Shown here in pieces: positions 44,501 through 53,739 of a stretch of 64,000 nucleotides of DNA. The notes beneath the pieces were generated by a model. The model did not search any database. It saw nothing but the letters and a program-made list of their open reading frames with translations, and had not been told where the DNA came from. A program made the position numbers and the translations under genes. The stretch is from Lama glama. Taxonomy: Eukaryota. Where the stretch lies: contig CM052832.1 of assembly GCA_028534125.1 (NCBI GenBank), forward strand, positions 14,572,001 to 14,636,000, given 5' to 3'. Positions within the stretch are counted from its first letter, which is position 1, and each line of letters begins with the position of its first letter.

Positions 44501-47500
44501 AAACAAACTCAGAGTTTCCAGAGTATCTGTGGATTCAGAAGCTATGAAAGTAAGAGTAGCTTAGGGGAGCTGACCCTGTAGGACATATTATGAATTAGAG
44601 TTGATCTAATTAGGGTAGCATTCCTGCCCCCAAATATGTTCTGTATCCTTGCCTTTGACTTAACTGAAATCAAATATCCTAAATAATTAGGAATTTTGGT
44701 GAGAAAGGAAGGAGAGTAGAGCATACAGGCCGAGGGTGGGGTGGAGGATAACAGTAGCAGAGGACTGAGGGTAGAATCGGGGCAATGGGGTACATAAGAG
44801 GAGCCTTAGGAGGTGGGAAAGAGACATAAAGGAGAGAAGACAGGGTATATCAAAAGCAAACCTCAGCTGTTTCAGTCTAAGTCAGTGGTTCTCAACCCTA
44901 ACAGACTCAACTCTATGAGTGGCATTGCCAAGAATGACAACATTGTCTAAAATAAAGTTCAAAACAATCTCCTCCCATGTTGCAGTCCTGGAACATTCAC
45001 TGTAGTTTAAAGCTGTGCAATACTTTGTGTTTACATGTAAATAGGCTTATATAATCTAAACAGGTAATTCACCTCTGTAAACATCTAACAAACTTTCAGA
45101 AGTCAAAAGGATCAAAGGACAATGTTCCTTTGTGTGAAACTATTCTGCATACAGCATGACCTCAGCATCTCCAGCCCACTCATTAAATGCTGGTTACACC
45201 CTTCAATCACAACCAGAGAAAAAGTCCTTGCTGAAATACAATGATTTCAATGATCTAAAAGACCTTACTCCAAGAACAGAAAATAAAAAACCTTCTTCTC
45301 TTTCATCTCCCTTCCTCCTTCAAATGGTTCCCTAACAACCAACACCCAGATTTCCACCCAGTGAGCTTATGTAATATATAATTAACCCACTATGGCTTTT
45401 GTGGGCTAACTGGGAACCCATTCAACATTCACAACACTATTTCTACTACTGGACCACACATTCCAAATTTCAAACTTAGAAACAAATTTTGAGAACATCA
45501 CACTTCCATAAGTCAGAGACTTAAATACACTGACCTCTCACCATCAATGTTCTCATGCTTTAAATGATGGGCTGACATCCAAGCTACATATGACCAATGC
45601 ACTATAAAGTGTGAGTACACATGCAAAATGATCATTACTGTAGACAAATAAAACGTCAATCCAACAAGTAATTTATAACAAATCTAGTCCTTATTTCTGT
45701 GGCAAGAAGGTACAAACCACAAACCCTTTGCCTAAATTACTAATGTATATTATTTTTACACTTGAGTTTTTCCCTTTACTATAGATATTGATTGATTCTA
45801 CTGCTTATAAATATTGGGAAGTGTTCTTCAGTATCTATCAACAGTACCAGTAGCACTTGCTTTATCACACAAAGATAAAAGGTCCCTTAGCGATACTGGG
45901 TGAATTGCATTCCCTTGCCCTTCTGCTCCCACCACCCCCTACCCACCACCACTCTAGTCTAAGGTTCCCTGAATTACAACCATGGACTCCCACTCCACAC
46001 ACCTTCTCCTACACCCACCTCACCAACTCAAAACATCCTCAAACTCTCTGGTTTTCAAAGTAGCCAAAGGACATAATCCCTGCCACATGGAGGTCACACT
46101 CCAGTGGGAGTAAAGAATTGAGCTGTGATAAAAAGAATCTTTTTTTTTTTTTCTGGTAATTTGTGCCATACTTACAGATTATTATTCAACCAGGTAACTA
46201 AATGACCTCTCATTTTTTTTTCCACTCTGAGAATACAGTATATGATTGTGCAATCTTAGACTATGAATAAGGAAATCCTACAAGGACCCAACTCAGTGTA
46301 TGCATCTCTGCTATCTCACTTATACTGAGGTCAAAGTTTACCCTGTATATGCCTCAATAAGAAAAACTGATAAACAGGACCAGCCCTTGTTTCTTTCCCT
46401 CCTTAAGCATTGATACAAAGAGCACTCATCTCTACCTCCTGTATTAAAATATTAAAAAATATAATTCTTAAATATCTAAAGAATTAGACATTTGGGGGAG
46501 GGTATAGCTCAGTGGTAGAGTGCATTCTTAGCATGCATGAGGTCCTGGGTTCAACCCCCAGTACCTCCATTAAGATAAATAAATAAACCTAATTACCTAC
46601 CCTTCCAAAAAATAAAATTAAAATTAAAAATAAAATAAAATAAAATAAAGAATTAGACATTTGGATAAGTTAGGCAGTTAGTGACCTCTCTTGAGCAACT
46701 TTAATAAGTAAAGATAAACAGTAATAGTCACTATTGAATATTTTTCAGTATTTATACATTATTTCTAATCCTCAACACAACAGTGTACATTATTATCCCA
46801 CATTTTACAGATGAGGAAACTGAAGCATGGAGAAACTAAAAGACTTGCTGCACACCAGTTCACACGTAGCAGAGAGAAAACGCACAGCCACTTCTTGGAA
46901 TCTGAAGTCATACTTTTTTCTGGTACAATGACATGTCTCTCAATCGATTTTTCAAAGCAACTAATTTCATTATTTGTGAACCATACAATAAGCTTTGTAT
47001 GTCAGATACATATGACAGTATTGCTTTGGAATTTTTATTGCTTATAAATGCTACTTTTAAAGACACAAGACAACCATTTTACGATAAGAGAAAATCACCC
47101 CTGGAAAGGTGTAAAGATTATAATACAAAAACTACGAAATTCAAATTTTGGTTTCTCCAGTAAAGATAAAAAGCTATGCTAATGGGGTGCCAAGTTTACA
47201 AAACAGAATGAAATTATTTAATATCCAGGATAGTCTGAAGACCAAATATTTAACAAAAACTCCTAAAGAACAGCTTCTCCTTTCTCTTAATGTACATGAC
47301 TGTTACTCTGATAGGAAGCAGAACATCAGATCCATTCCAAGTAAGAAATGTTATGTGTTAATGGTTACAAATTACCCTAATTATTTTCATTGAACCTGCC
47401 TAATTTGAACATTTCTCCAAAAAAAAGCTTATGTTTTCAAGGCTGACAGTTGCTTGTGACTAAAATTTACAAATAGACCAGAATTTGAAAATTAAACACA

Positions 47501-50500
47501 GGCAAAAATAAAGTGGCCATCTGGTTTACCAAAGATGAAGTAAAGACATTTTCAAAACATATCCACCAGAATGGCTAAAATGAAAAAGATGAAAAATACC
47601 AAGTGTTGGCAAGGATGTAGAGCAACCAGAACTCTCATCCACTTCTGGTGGAAGTGCAAATTGGTTACAGCCACTTTGGAAAACTGTTTGGCAATAGCTA
47701 TTAAAATTTAACATACACACATCCTACAACCTAGAAATTCCACTCTTACGTATATCCCCAACAGATATGTATACATTTGTTCACCAAAGGATATGTACTA
47801 AATGTTCCTAAAAGCACTATTCAGCATACCCCTAAATTCGGAAGCTAATCGAATGTCCATCAACAGTAAAATGTATAAATAAATTGAGGTACAGTCATAA
47901 TAGAATATTATACAGCAATGAAAATGGGAAATGTATAAACTGATGCAACAATAGGGATTAATCTCACAAAAGTAATGTTGAGCTAAAGAAGCCAGACATG
48001 AAAGTATACATACTATATGATTCCATTCATATAAAGTACAAAAAAAAAGACAAAATTAATCTTTGTTGTTAGAAATCCAGGCAGTGGTTACCCTTTGGTG
48101 GAGGTAATGCTGGAATGAGACATAAGGGGTTATTTGGTGCTGGCAATATTCTGTTCCTTCCTTTGGGTGCTGATGACAAGGGTATGTTCAGCTTGGAATA
48201 TTCAACCGATGAGAAGCATTATAGAAGCAGAATGATTAAAGAGTACAGCTCTGGAATGGGAGTTGACTGCATTTGAATCTCAGTCCCATCACTTACTAGT
48301 TATGATTTGGGGCAAGTTATTTAACCTTTCTGTGCCTCATTTCTCCATCTATAAAATGGGCCTAACAACTCCCTCACAGGGTTAGTCTGAGGATTAAATC
48401 ATCATAAGACTTGTTAAATGTGTGAATAACAGTTGGCTATTACTATTAAGTATTTGCTAAGTAAATAAAAGCACTTATTTTAAAGCAACACAAGACGAGG
48501 AAGGAAACACAGACATGATTTCACTGTTACTAGAAAACATGCAAAATAATTATTTGGGAAATAAAAGTGATAATAAATTAAGCAAAATGTAAAGGGGCAT
48601 GACCTGGAAGCTGAGACTAGACCTACAAATCTTCACCTAAACAGACCGTGGGCAAGCAGTCAGCCTCTATGAGCCTACAGCTCTCAACTGTCTCCTGGGG
48701 GCTGGACCAGATGATCTCCTCAGGATGATGAACAATAATGAACGGTGCCACTCATCAGGAACTAAGAGGGCTCAGCTCACAGTCAGGCTCTCTTACTCTC
48801 CAAAAGGACTATGAAATCTTCTTTGCCTCTGAATTTACCCTAATGTCATGTTTTTAAAAAAATCTATCATGTCCATCAGCCATGTCTCCATCACTCAGGG
48901 TCACATTTCCTTCAGCCACTTAGAGTAAATAATTAAGACTTCTTGATGGGTTTCTAAAATAGCCAATTGGGTGGGTTGCTGTCATCCATACCATGGTAAT
49001 GTCCCAAACTTCTCTGTCCATGTTACAATAGCTACTCTTTATTAAACCCTATTTACATGCTAGGCACTAGAATATCCTCAATTCTCAAAAAAAAAAAATC
49101 TGCTAGGTATGTAGTATTCTTCCTTATTCTCATCTTTTACAGATGAAAAAACTGAGGCTCAAAAAGGCTGCCCTGTTCATTAAATGGCAGAGCTGGAAGG
49201 TGAATCTAGCTTGTCTGACTCCAGAGAAAATGCTCCTTCCCCAAGCCACAACGGTCCCCTGACTTACTTTACAATCAGTCATATTTCTTCTTACTTGTAT
49301 AACAAAAGGTCATTCTTTAGCTAAGGCGATCTCAAACAAAATCTAATTCAGTGAAAAATCAATTTTGGATAGTTTTTTAAATGATTACTTTTGTTTCTAA
49401 GTAAAGGTCTCCTCCTGGGTCTATTTAAATGAATTCTGTACACTGAAGTTATTTATATTCTACAGCAGCCATCCAAACCACAGATTAAAGCCCTTACAAG
49501 ACGTTTATACATCTTTCCTGCTGAATCTCCAGCGCCCAGATCACTGCCTGGCCTAGAGTAAGCACTTAACAAAACTATCTTGAATACTACCTCCTTCAAA
49601 TCTTGTTTACCAAAATACTCTACCAAAAAGCAGGATGTACCACAAGACACTTTAATATCTGAAACTTCATGACCAAAATTAAACATAATATGCAAGTCAC
49701 TGGGATAGCCTTCATGTTGTGAGACGCTCCTCCAAGTCAAGTGGCATTGTCAACATCAGCAACAAGTAATCATTAAACACCTACAACTATTCATTTAACA
49801 TAGTAACCCAGTATACCTTCTCTTCTCTCTCTTTCCCCATCAGGGTTGGCAAGCCACGGAAGCTAGTTCCCCTCCAGACAGGCCAGCCTCTATTGGTGTA
49901 GAAGAGACCATACAGAGACACAAATGTCACACATGAGTAGGCAGCTTTTCCAAGTTAAACCAAGCTCTTCCCCTTATCAGACCCATGTCCTACCATCTCT
50001 TCCGGGAGCCTTAAAACTGCAGCCCTGAATAACCTTCTCCTCCTCAGTCAGCCACACAACCCTGAGGAAAGAAACTTCTCCCAACATCTGTCAGAACTAT
50101 TCCTACTTCATCTAAAAGAGGTACTCTGTTCACTGAGGATTCACTAATGTGTCAGTATATACTATCAAAATTTTTCTTTAAAAATTCTTTCTTCATAGAG
50201 AGTACACAGATTATGTGTGTCCTACCAGGGAGAGTGTACCAGAATTAGGAAGTTGGGTTTTATTTCTCTACCTGACCTTCCACTACAACTTGGGTAAGTC
50301 ACTTATCCTTCTAAGCTTTAGCTTCTTCAGCCATAAAATGAGGGGTTGAACTATCAAAAGTTACTTACGTAATTCCAGGATGCCTTATGCCTTAACACTG
50401 TAAGGTTCGTAAATCCCCAGGCCCAAGAAACTTACATAAAAAATTACCTGCTTGCATATGTGGATTTTTCTGACAAAGTCTATGGCTTATATCAAATTGT

Positions 50501-52257
50501 CTCACAAGTTGCGCCCCAAAAATAACCACAACTCATGTTTTATTGAGCACTTACTATATACTAGGCACTGTGCTTAAACACCGTGCTATGTTAGGTGAGA
50601 TCATCTCTAAACCCTAAAATTCTCTGAGTCTATGTTTATTCAAATTAATGGGTTTCCTTTAGTTAAATTTCTGTTTCATTTCACAATCATTAGTCATACA
50701 CTATAGTCTTTACACAGGACAACCAAACTCATGGAACACCCAAATGACTGTTCCCTGAAAAAGAACATATTAGGGAGTTAACACAAGTAAAAGGTCCAAA
50801 GGCACTTTGCTCTAGCTTCCAACTTGCTTTTACTTTTAAAACATGGTGTGGTGATTAACCAAAAGATGTATGGAATCTGACTAACTAAAATCTAAAATCA
50901 AAGTAACAGTAAATATGCCAGTGTCAGTCAGAAAAGGGGATGCAGTGGCGGCCATACTGTCTCACATACCACTCACCAAGGCAATGAGAAGACCAGGGAA
51001 GATATATTAGTGCAAGGCCTGGGTCGCCTGTTCACTGGCTTCGCCCCTCTATTCTGGCCTCCTGAAAACCTCTGATCACTGTGGAGCCAAGGCCTGGATC
51101 ACTCTCCACTTGTGAGACAAAGGCTAGCTAAAGGTATTAAGGCATTACCAAGCCTCTCCTGGAATAAGGAATTGAAAGGCTAGCTTCCAATGTTTGTGGA
51201 CACTAGTTCTGAAAAATCTACAATCGTAACATAAGGGTAAGCAGTCACCCAGTTACGATGCAACTGTTTTGCCCGTCACCTGGTTCTGGTCCAGATGACT
51301 TCGGGGCCATAATATTGCTTAATAAATGGCTGCAAAGCATAACTGGACGTCATTAGTTCTTTTCACAGGCTGTCAAAAAACCTCCGCATCTTAAAGGGAA
51401 GGTTGTTGAAACTTTACGCCCAACTCTCATGAGCTGTCTCCATTTAGTCTGTGTTAACTAGAAGAGAAGCAAAGGAGGGAGAAAGGAGATCGGAGGAACG
51501 GCCGTGCGTGCAAGGATTTTTTCAAGGGTGATGCAACAGGGTCAGCCAGACGATAAAGAGGAGCTTAGAGCTTCTGGGAAGGAGAAACCAGTGTCGGAGT
51601 TGGAAATCTGGGCGTCAAATGGGTTATGCAGGACTGAGTCACAGGGTTACACAGAACCGGCCGGGGATGAAGGGTCTACTCGGGAGAGGAAGGCCATGGA
51701 GGGGATGGTGGGCGGATAAAGAGGCGGACAGAGGACTCCGAGGTAGGAGCAGCGGGTCCAAAGCGGAGAGAAAACACAGGGGGCGGGCAGGAGAGGGTGA
51801 AAATCGTGAAGGCCAAGGAGTGACGGACAGAAGGCCCGGGGGACAAGCAAGGGAGGGCAGGGTGACCTACTTGCCGGTGTGGTAACTGAAGGGGGGAGCA
51901 GCCGGTCAGGAGACCCTTGGGGTCGGGAGGGACGGGGAGGTCTGTTAGGATGGAGAGAAGAGCCTGGGGCACCCGCGCTAGGGCAGGGGAGCCGGGTCCC
52001 GGAGGGCCCAGGGTGAGGGAAGAGCAGACTGGTGACAACGGTTGGGGCCACTGGAGCGGGGAGGAGGCTGTCCGTCTCGAGTTGAGGAAGGGATCGCTAC
52101 TGAGTTCGGGCTCGGGCTGAAGAGAGTGAGGCCCGACCGGCGCACCGCGTAAAGGAGGGTGGAAGGGTGAGGAGGGGCCCGGAAACGCTGGGGGCCGGCG
52201 CTGGCGCTCTCACCGGGACAGGTGCTTCAGGATCTGCTTCTTAATGAGCCCGGCCAT
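2233..52257 (-). CDS. BLTP3A: BLTP3A/UHRF1BP1 bridge-like lipid transfer protein 3A, full spliced CDS span (21 coding exons, 4332 nt, 1443 aa)
   Basis: Exons joined manually at GT-AG sites give one uninterrupted frame, [36 protein letters not shown]...[11 protein letters not shown] recognise this as UHRF1BP1 (chorein-N start). The neighbouring SNRPC matches the known synteny. Confidence 0.97.
2756..2862 (-). CDS. BLTP3A: BLTP3A exon 20 ([10 protein letters not shown]...EAFGPQ)
   Basis: ttttccag acceptor, CAG|GTGAGG donor; 107 nt. Confidence 0.92.
2989..3097 (-). CDS. BLTP3A: BLTP3A exon 19 ([10 protein letters not shown]...GVFHLG)
   Basis: ctgcag acceptor, GCG|GTGAGT donor; 109 nt. Confidence 0.94.
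3537..3799 (-). CDS. BLTP3A: BLTP3A exon 18 ([10 protein letters not shown]...SRITLK)
   Basis: cttaaag acceptor, AAG|GTGAGA donor; 263 nt. Confidence 0.94.
3835..4030 (-). mobile_element. MIR SINE
   Basis: ACTAAGGCACAGAGAATAACTTGCCCAAGTTACACAAC motif. Confidence 0.7.
4270..5150 (+). mobile_element. Old L1 (L1M-type) 3' end fragments
   Basis: TGGAAACAACCCAAATGTC..., GAAAGAAGCAAATCACGAAAGAATACAAACTATAATTCCATTT motifs. Confidence 0.75.
5537..5687 (-). CDS. BLTP3A: BLTP3A exon 17 ([10 protein letters not shown]...LHGQCP)
   Basis: ttacag acceptor after an 84-nt intron, CGG|GTGAGG donor; 151 nt. Confidence 0.93.
5772..5926 (-). CDS. BLTP3A: BLTP3A exon 16 ([10 protein letters not shown]...EDLSLHL)
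   Basis: atgcag acceptor, CTG|GTCAGC donor; 155 nt. Confidence 0.92.
6000..6830 (+). mobile_element. Nested old L1 3' ends
   Basis: GAAGCAACCCAAGTGTCCATGGACAGATGAATGG...ATGAACCTTGAGGACATTATGCTAA. Confidence 0.8.
7398..7594 (-). CDS. BLTP3A: BLTP3A exon 15 (EPVAKIEEG...SFVMLLES)
   Basis: aaacag acceptor, CTG|GTAGGT donor; 197 nt. Confidence 0.94.
8166..8251 (+). mobile_element. tRNA-derived SINE (camelid vic-1-like), short diverged copy
   Basis: A-box-like AGCTCAGTGG, B-box-like GAGTTCAATCC, A tail. Confidence 0.8.
9020..9212. mobile_element. MER5A-like hAT-Charlie MITE
   Basis: Motifs AGCATCAGCATC...TGTTAGAAACGCAAATTCTCAGG...TTTTAACAAGCCCTCCAGG...AAGTTTGA. Confidence 0.75.
9516..9748. mobile_element. 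Tigger2-like (Tc1/mariner-pogo) MITE
   Basis: Perfect 18-bp TIRs CAGTTGACCCTTGAACAA / TTGTTCAAGGGTCAACTG; TA at the left flank. Confidence 0.88.
10690..10905 (+). mobile_element. MIR SINE
   Basis: Core TGTGTGATCTTGAGCAAGTTTCTTACCTCTCTGAGCCTCAGTTT...CTGTAAAATGGGG; 3' end GCACTCAATAAA. Confidence 0.85.
11961..13417 (-). CDS. BLTP3A: BLTP3A large exon 14 (VSFPLEKRE...MLSLPPAK)
   Basis: 488-aa ORF 11957-13423; tttgaag acceptor, CAA|GTGAGT donor; 1457 nt. Confidence 0.96.
13631..13824 (-). CDS. BLTP3A: BLTP3A exon 13 ([10 protein letters not shown]...DAFWLK)
   Basis: tttccag acceptor, AAG|GTAGGG donor; 194 nt. Confidence 0.94.
14090..14231 (-). CDS. BLTP3A: BLTP3A exon 12 ([10 protein letters not shown]...DNQELP)
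   Basis: gcacag acceptor, CAG|GTAAGC donor; 142 nt. Confidence 0.94.
14626..14765 (-). CDS. BLTP3A: BLTP3A exon 11 ([10 protein letters not shown]...DLDIHQ)
   Basis: attcag acceptor, CAG|GTAAGC donor; 140 nt. Confidence 0.94.
15153..15323 (-). CDS. BLTP3A: BLTP3A exon 10 ([10 protein letters not shown]...PFRRKA)
   Basis: gcatag acceptor, CAG|GTGGGT donor; 171 nt. Confidence 0.94.
15859..15945 (-). CDS. BLTP3A: BLTP3A exon 9 ([10 protein letters not shown]...YPFHWA)
   Basis: tttatag acceptor, CAG|GTAGGA donor; 87 nt. Confidence 0.94.
18700..19190. mobile_element. Adjacent MER3-like and MER33-like hAT-Charlie elements
   Basis: CTGTCCAA...GAACTTTCTGTGATGATGG start, and two ends of type GTGGCTA..G.CT.CCAT.TTGGACAG. 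Confidence 0.7.
20704..20896 (-). CDS. BLTP3A: BLTP3A exon 8 ([16 protein letters not shown]...DSQPREP)
   Basis: catgtag acceptor, CAG|GTACCC donor; 193 nt. Confidence 0.92.
21572..21742 (-). CDS. BLTP3A: BLTP3A exon 7 ([10 protein letters not shown]...APEPVQ)
   Basis: cttcag acceptor, CAG|GTTAGA donor; 171 nt. Confidence 0.94.
22188..22328 (-). CDS. BLTP3A: BLTP3A exon 6 ([10 protein letters not shown]...IALKRR)
   Basis: ttctag acceptor, AGA|GTGAGT donor; 141 nt; translated by hand, not in the ORF track. Confidence 0.93.
22632..22821 (-). CDS. BLTP3A: BLTP3A exon 5 ([12 protein letters not shown]...TDPRRGE)
   Basis: catag acceptor, GAG|GTGACA donor; 190 nt. Confidence 0.93.
23519..23544. 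repeat. (GT)n microsatellite
   Basis: About 13 GT units preceded by (AT)n. Confidence 0.9.
24170..24453 (-). mobile_element. L1 3' end, younger (artiodactyl-type)
   Basis: TTTTTAATTGACATACAGTCAGTTTACAAT...ATATTTCCCTGTACTATACA...GGTAACCATAAGTTTGTTTTCTATGTCTGTGAGT. Confidence 0.7.
24455..26700 (+). mobile_element. Degraded L1 cluster in intron 4
   Basis: A-rich L1 ORF2/3' UTR motifs, e.g. TGTCCATCAACTGATGAATGGATAAATAAAATGTGGTATACCCATACAA. Confidence 0.75.
25045..25147 (+). mobile_element. tRNA-derived SINE inserted in an old L1
   Basis: Pol III A/B boxes; TSD AAATCATAATGTGA on both sides. Confidence 0.88.
26757..26848 (-). CDS. BLTP3A: BLTP3A exon 4 ([10 protein letters not shown]...ALASGQ)
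   Basis: tttcag acceptor, GAG|GTTAGT donor; 92 nt. Confidence 0.93.
27558..27596 (-). CDS. BLTP3A: BLTP3A exon 3 micro-exon ([13 protein letters not shown])
   Basis: tttcag acceptor, TTG|GTAATG donor; 39 nt, phase 0-0. Confidence 0.92.
27698..27860 (-). CDS. BLTP3A: BLTP3A exon 2 ([12 protein letters not shown]...CNRASIR)
   Basis: ttttcag acceptor, CGG|GTGAGA donor; 163 nt; overlaps ORF 27578-27826. Confidence 0.95.
30045..30510 (+). mobile_element. Solo LTR (ERVL, LTR40-like)
   Basis: TGTTGGGAGA start, TATAAAA box at about 30244, polyA-like AGTAACAAA then CCTTTGTCTGACCCAGGAGTCTCG, end AAAATCCCAGACCCTT. Confidence 0.7.
31358..31471 (+). mobile_element. tRNA-derived SINE with an internal deletion in the A-box region
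   Basis: Perfect 17-bp TSD AAGAGTAAGTTACACTG (31341-31357 and 31472-31488); poly-A tail. Confidence 0.9.
32063..32243 (-). mobile_element. tRNA-derived SINE with an internal (ATATT)n microsatellite, inside a MIR
   Basis: Reverse-complement SINE head at 32170-32243; about 11 ATATT units at 32110-32166. Confidence 0.88.
35518..35617. other. Assembly gap (100 N)
   Basis: Run of N. Confidence 1.
37681..37762 (-). mobile_element. tRNA-derived SINE (short) inside L1
   Basis: GAGGTACTGGGGACTGAACCCAGGACC...CACTGAGCTATAC; flanked by AGCCATTA. Confidence 0.85.
38796..38956 (-). mobile_element. tRNA-derived SINE inside L1
   Basis: SINE body; near-perfect TSD CATTTGTATA(T/C)CTTCTT. Confidence 0.87.
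39072..39500. mobile_element. MaLR (MLT1-type) LTR nested in L1
   Basis: TTAGTTATCTACTGCAGCATAACAAATCAC...GCTCACAGATTCTG motif. Confidence 0.65.
41251..41347 (-). mobile_element. tRNA-derived SINE, young copy
   Basis: Perfect 16-bp TSD TCTTTCCTTAATTCTC (41235-41250 and 41348-41363). Confidence 0.9.
41668..41862 (+). mobile_element. tRNA-derived SINE with a duplicated 5' head and (TAAA)n/(CAAA)n tail
   Basis: GGGGAAGGGTA(C/T)AGCTCA occurs twice; flanked by AAGACTAAG. Confidence 0.88.
43120..43340 (-). mobile_element. MIR SINE
   Basis: TTTATAGATGAGGAAAC...AGGTTAAATAACTTGCCCAAGGTTACAGAGCT. Confidence 0.8.
46494..46646 (+). mobile_element. tRNA-derived SINE, near full length
   Basis: TSD TAAAGAATTAGACATTTGG (46477-46495 and 46646-46664); A/B boxes intact. 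Confidence 0.92.
47560..48200 (+). mobile_element. Old L1 3' region
   Basis: CCAAGTGTTGGCAAGGATGTAGAGCAACC...CCACTTTGGAAAACTGTTTGGCA. Confidence 0.8.
48225..48450 (+). mobile_element. MIR SINE
   Basis: GGGCAAGTTATTTAACCTTTCTGTGCCTCATTTCTCCATCTATAAAATGGG. Confidence 0.8.
52214..52257 (-). CDS. BLTP3A: BLTP3A coding exon 1 ([15 protein letters not shown])
   Basis: GGC-ATG-G Kozak context in a CpG island; 44 nt; donor CG|GTGAGA. Confidence 0.95.
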
Positions 52258-52330
52258 GCCGGAGCCGCGGCCCGCGTGGAAGGCAGGCGCCCAGCTGTGG
52301 CCTCCTCAGCCGCGGAGAAGAGGCGGCCCC

Positions 52331-52381
52331 TCACCTCGCCGAGTCGCGGGGACCGGATACGGCCACCCCAGCCGCCTCCAT
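52331..52381 (-). promoter_or_regulatory. Candidate uORF (MEAAGVAVSGPRDSAR*) in the BLTP3A 5' leader
   Basis: GCGCC-ATG-G context, 16 codons plus TGA, ending 73 nt before the main ATG; requires a TSS upstream of 52381. Confidence 0.6.
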
Positions 52382-52561
52382 GGCGCTCTGCCGCCCCTAC
52401 CGGGGCGCCCGCAGCTCCGCCACGATCCCACCCACCCGCGCGACGACGCGGAGATCTCGCGCCGCCAGCCCGGCTCGCGGAGGCCCGGGACACGCGCTGT
52501 GAGGAGTGCGCGCGGCGGCGGCGGCGGGGACGCGCGCGGCGAGGGGCGAGGGGCGGGGCGC

Positions 52562-52608
52562 GGCGGGCGACTGGCGGGCGACTGGCGGGCGACTGGCGGG
52601 CGACTGGC
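52562..52608. repeat. 11-bp tandem repeat (GGCGGGCGACT) x4.3 in the promoter
   Basis: Four perfect copies read directly from the sequence. Confidence 0.95.
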
Positions 52609-53739
52609 AGCCTCTCCTTCCGCCCTGCCGTCTGCCTCTGCCGAGCGAGATCTGAAAGGCTTCCCCTCTCGACTGCCAGAGGATCACACCCCCGCAGTCG
52701 CCTTAAAGCTTCGGGCGGGGAAAGGCAGGATGTCTGGGGGTTGTGTGTGTGTGTGTGTGTTTTGGGGTTTTTTTTTGCAGGAATTTGCTAGATAATTATG
52801 CACCTTTTGGTCCGCGTCTCATTTATTTCCCTCACATTTTCACTCATTATGCATTGAACACCAGCTAACTACTCCAGGAGTCAGGCTGGGGAGTGAAAAG
52901 TAGTCTCAAGGATCTCACAGGCCCGTACAAGCACTGCGCTCTACTGCTTTATGCTAGATGAGAAGGGGGAAGCCTCGTTATCCTCTTCGTGCCCCTCTTA
53001 GCCTCTACCTGGTTAACCAATAGGTAAATGTTTACTCAACACCTAAGAGGTGCAGTGCGGAGGAACCCACTCAAATGCTGGAGGCAGCAGAAAATGAGAC
53101 AGTAACTTTAAATTCCCAAGGGCTTTAGAGATCAACTTCGTCTTGAAAATAAGGACACTGAAGCCCAGGGAAATAGTTGAAAGAGCTTGTTCAAGATCTC
53201 AGCTACTTAGTGAGACAAGACTAGAACCCAAGTGTTCTTACTGTAAGACAGTGCTATTTCCACTCTATTTCGTCCATACACTTTAAATGGTAACCCATAT
53301 GTCCGGGACACCTGTGGACTCTGGCAAAGGTGGGTAGGTGGAGTTTTCTGGACTTAAACCTTCAAGCAAAAATCTGAGCAAAATACTCCGAGGAGACAGG
53401 CCTATAGGAAATCTGACCACCAGTTAATTTTAAATTTATTCATTCTTGTGCATAGTTAATACATGAACATAATACAGAAATCAAGGTAAGTCTCCTCCCT
53501 CGCAGTCCCTCTACCATTCGATTATTCAGTTCCCTTCCCCTAAACAATTGTTACCTGATTTCAGAGATAGTCTAAGCATGGTGAATCGTATAAATGTTAG
53601 ATTTTTAAAATAAATGATCAACAGACAATGCATTCCTATGCCTATCCCTTATATTAAGTTCAATTTCCCCCAGAACTACCCCCACCTGCCCCAATTACCT
53701 TTTTAAAAGGGAGCACTCTGACATGAATATTTGATCTTC

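Larger units (their letters stand above)
51640..52720. promoter_or_regulatory. CpG island / GC-box promoter of BLTP3A
   Basis: Very GC- and CpG-rich around exon 1; GGGGCGGGGC Sp1-type box at about 52550-52559; no obvious TATA box. Confidence 0.9.

Noticed and set aside
46494..46570. tRNA-like sequences here and at the other SINE heads
   Set aside because: They have A/B boxes but also AT-rich tails and TSDs, and lack a proper acceptor stem, so they are SINEs rather than tRNA genes.
2233..52257. U12-type or non-canonical introns, frameshifts or pseudogenisation of BLTP3A
   Set aside because: All 20 introns are GT-AG, none has the GTATCCTT donor, and exon phases join into one intact frame.
52451..52464. 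TCTCGCG as a BANP/M8 palindrome (TCTCGCGAGA)
   Set aside because: Only a partial match (TCTCGCGCCG), expected by chance in a CpG island.
52562..52608. Direct repeat array as a possible CRISPR-like locus
   Set aside because: Contiguous 11-bp units with no spacers, in eukaryotic DNA with no cas genes.
51504..52795. Long Arg/Gly/Pro/Ala-rich ORFs (up to 189 aa) on both strands
   Set aside because: Expected from stop-codon depletion in a CpG island; no recognisable domains.
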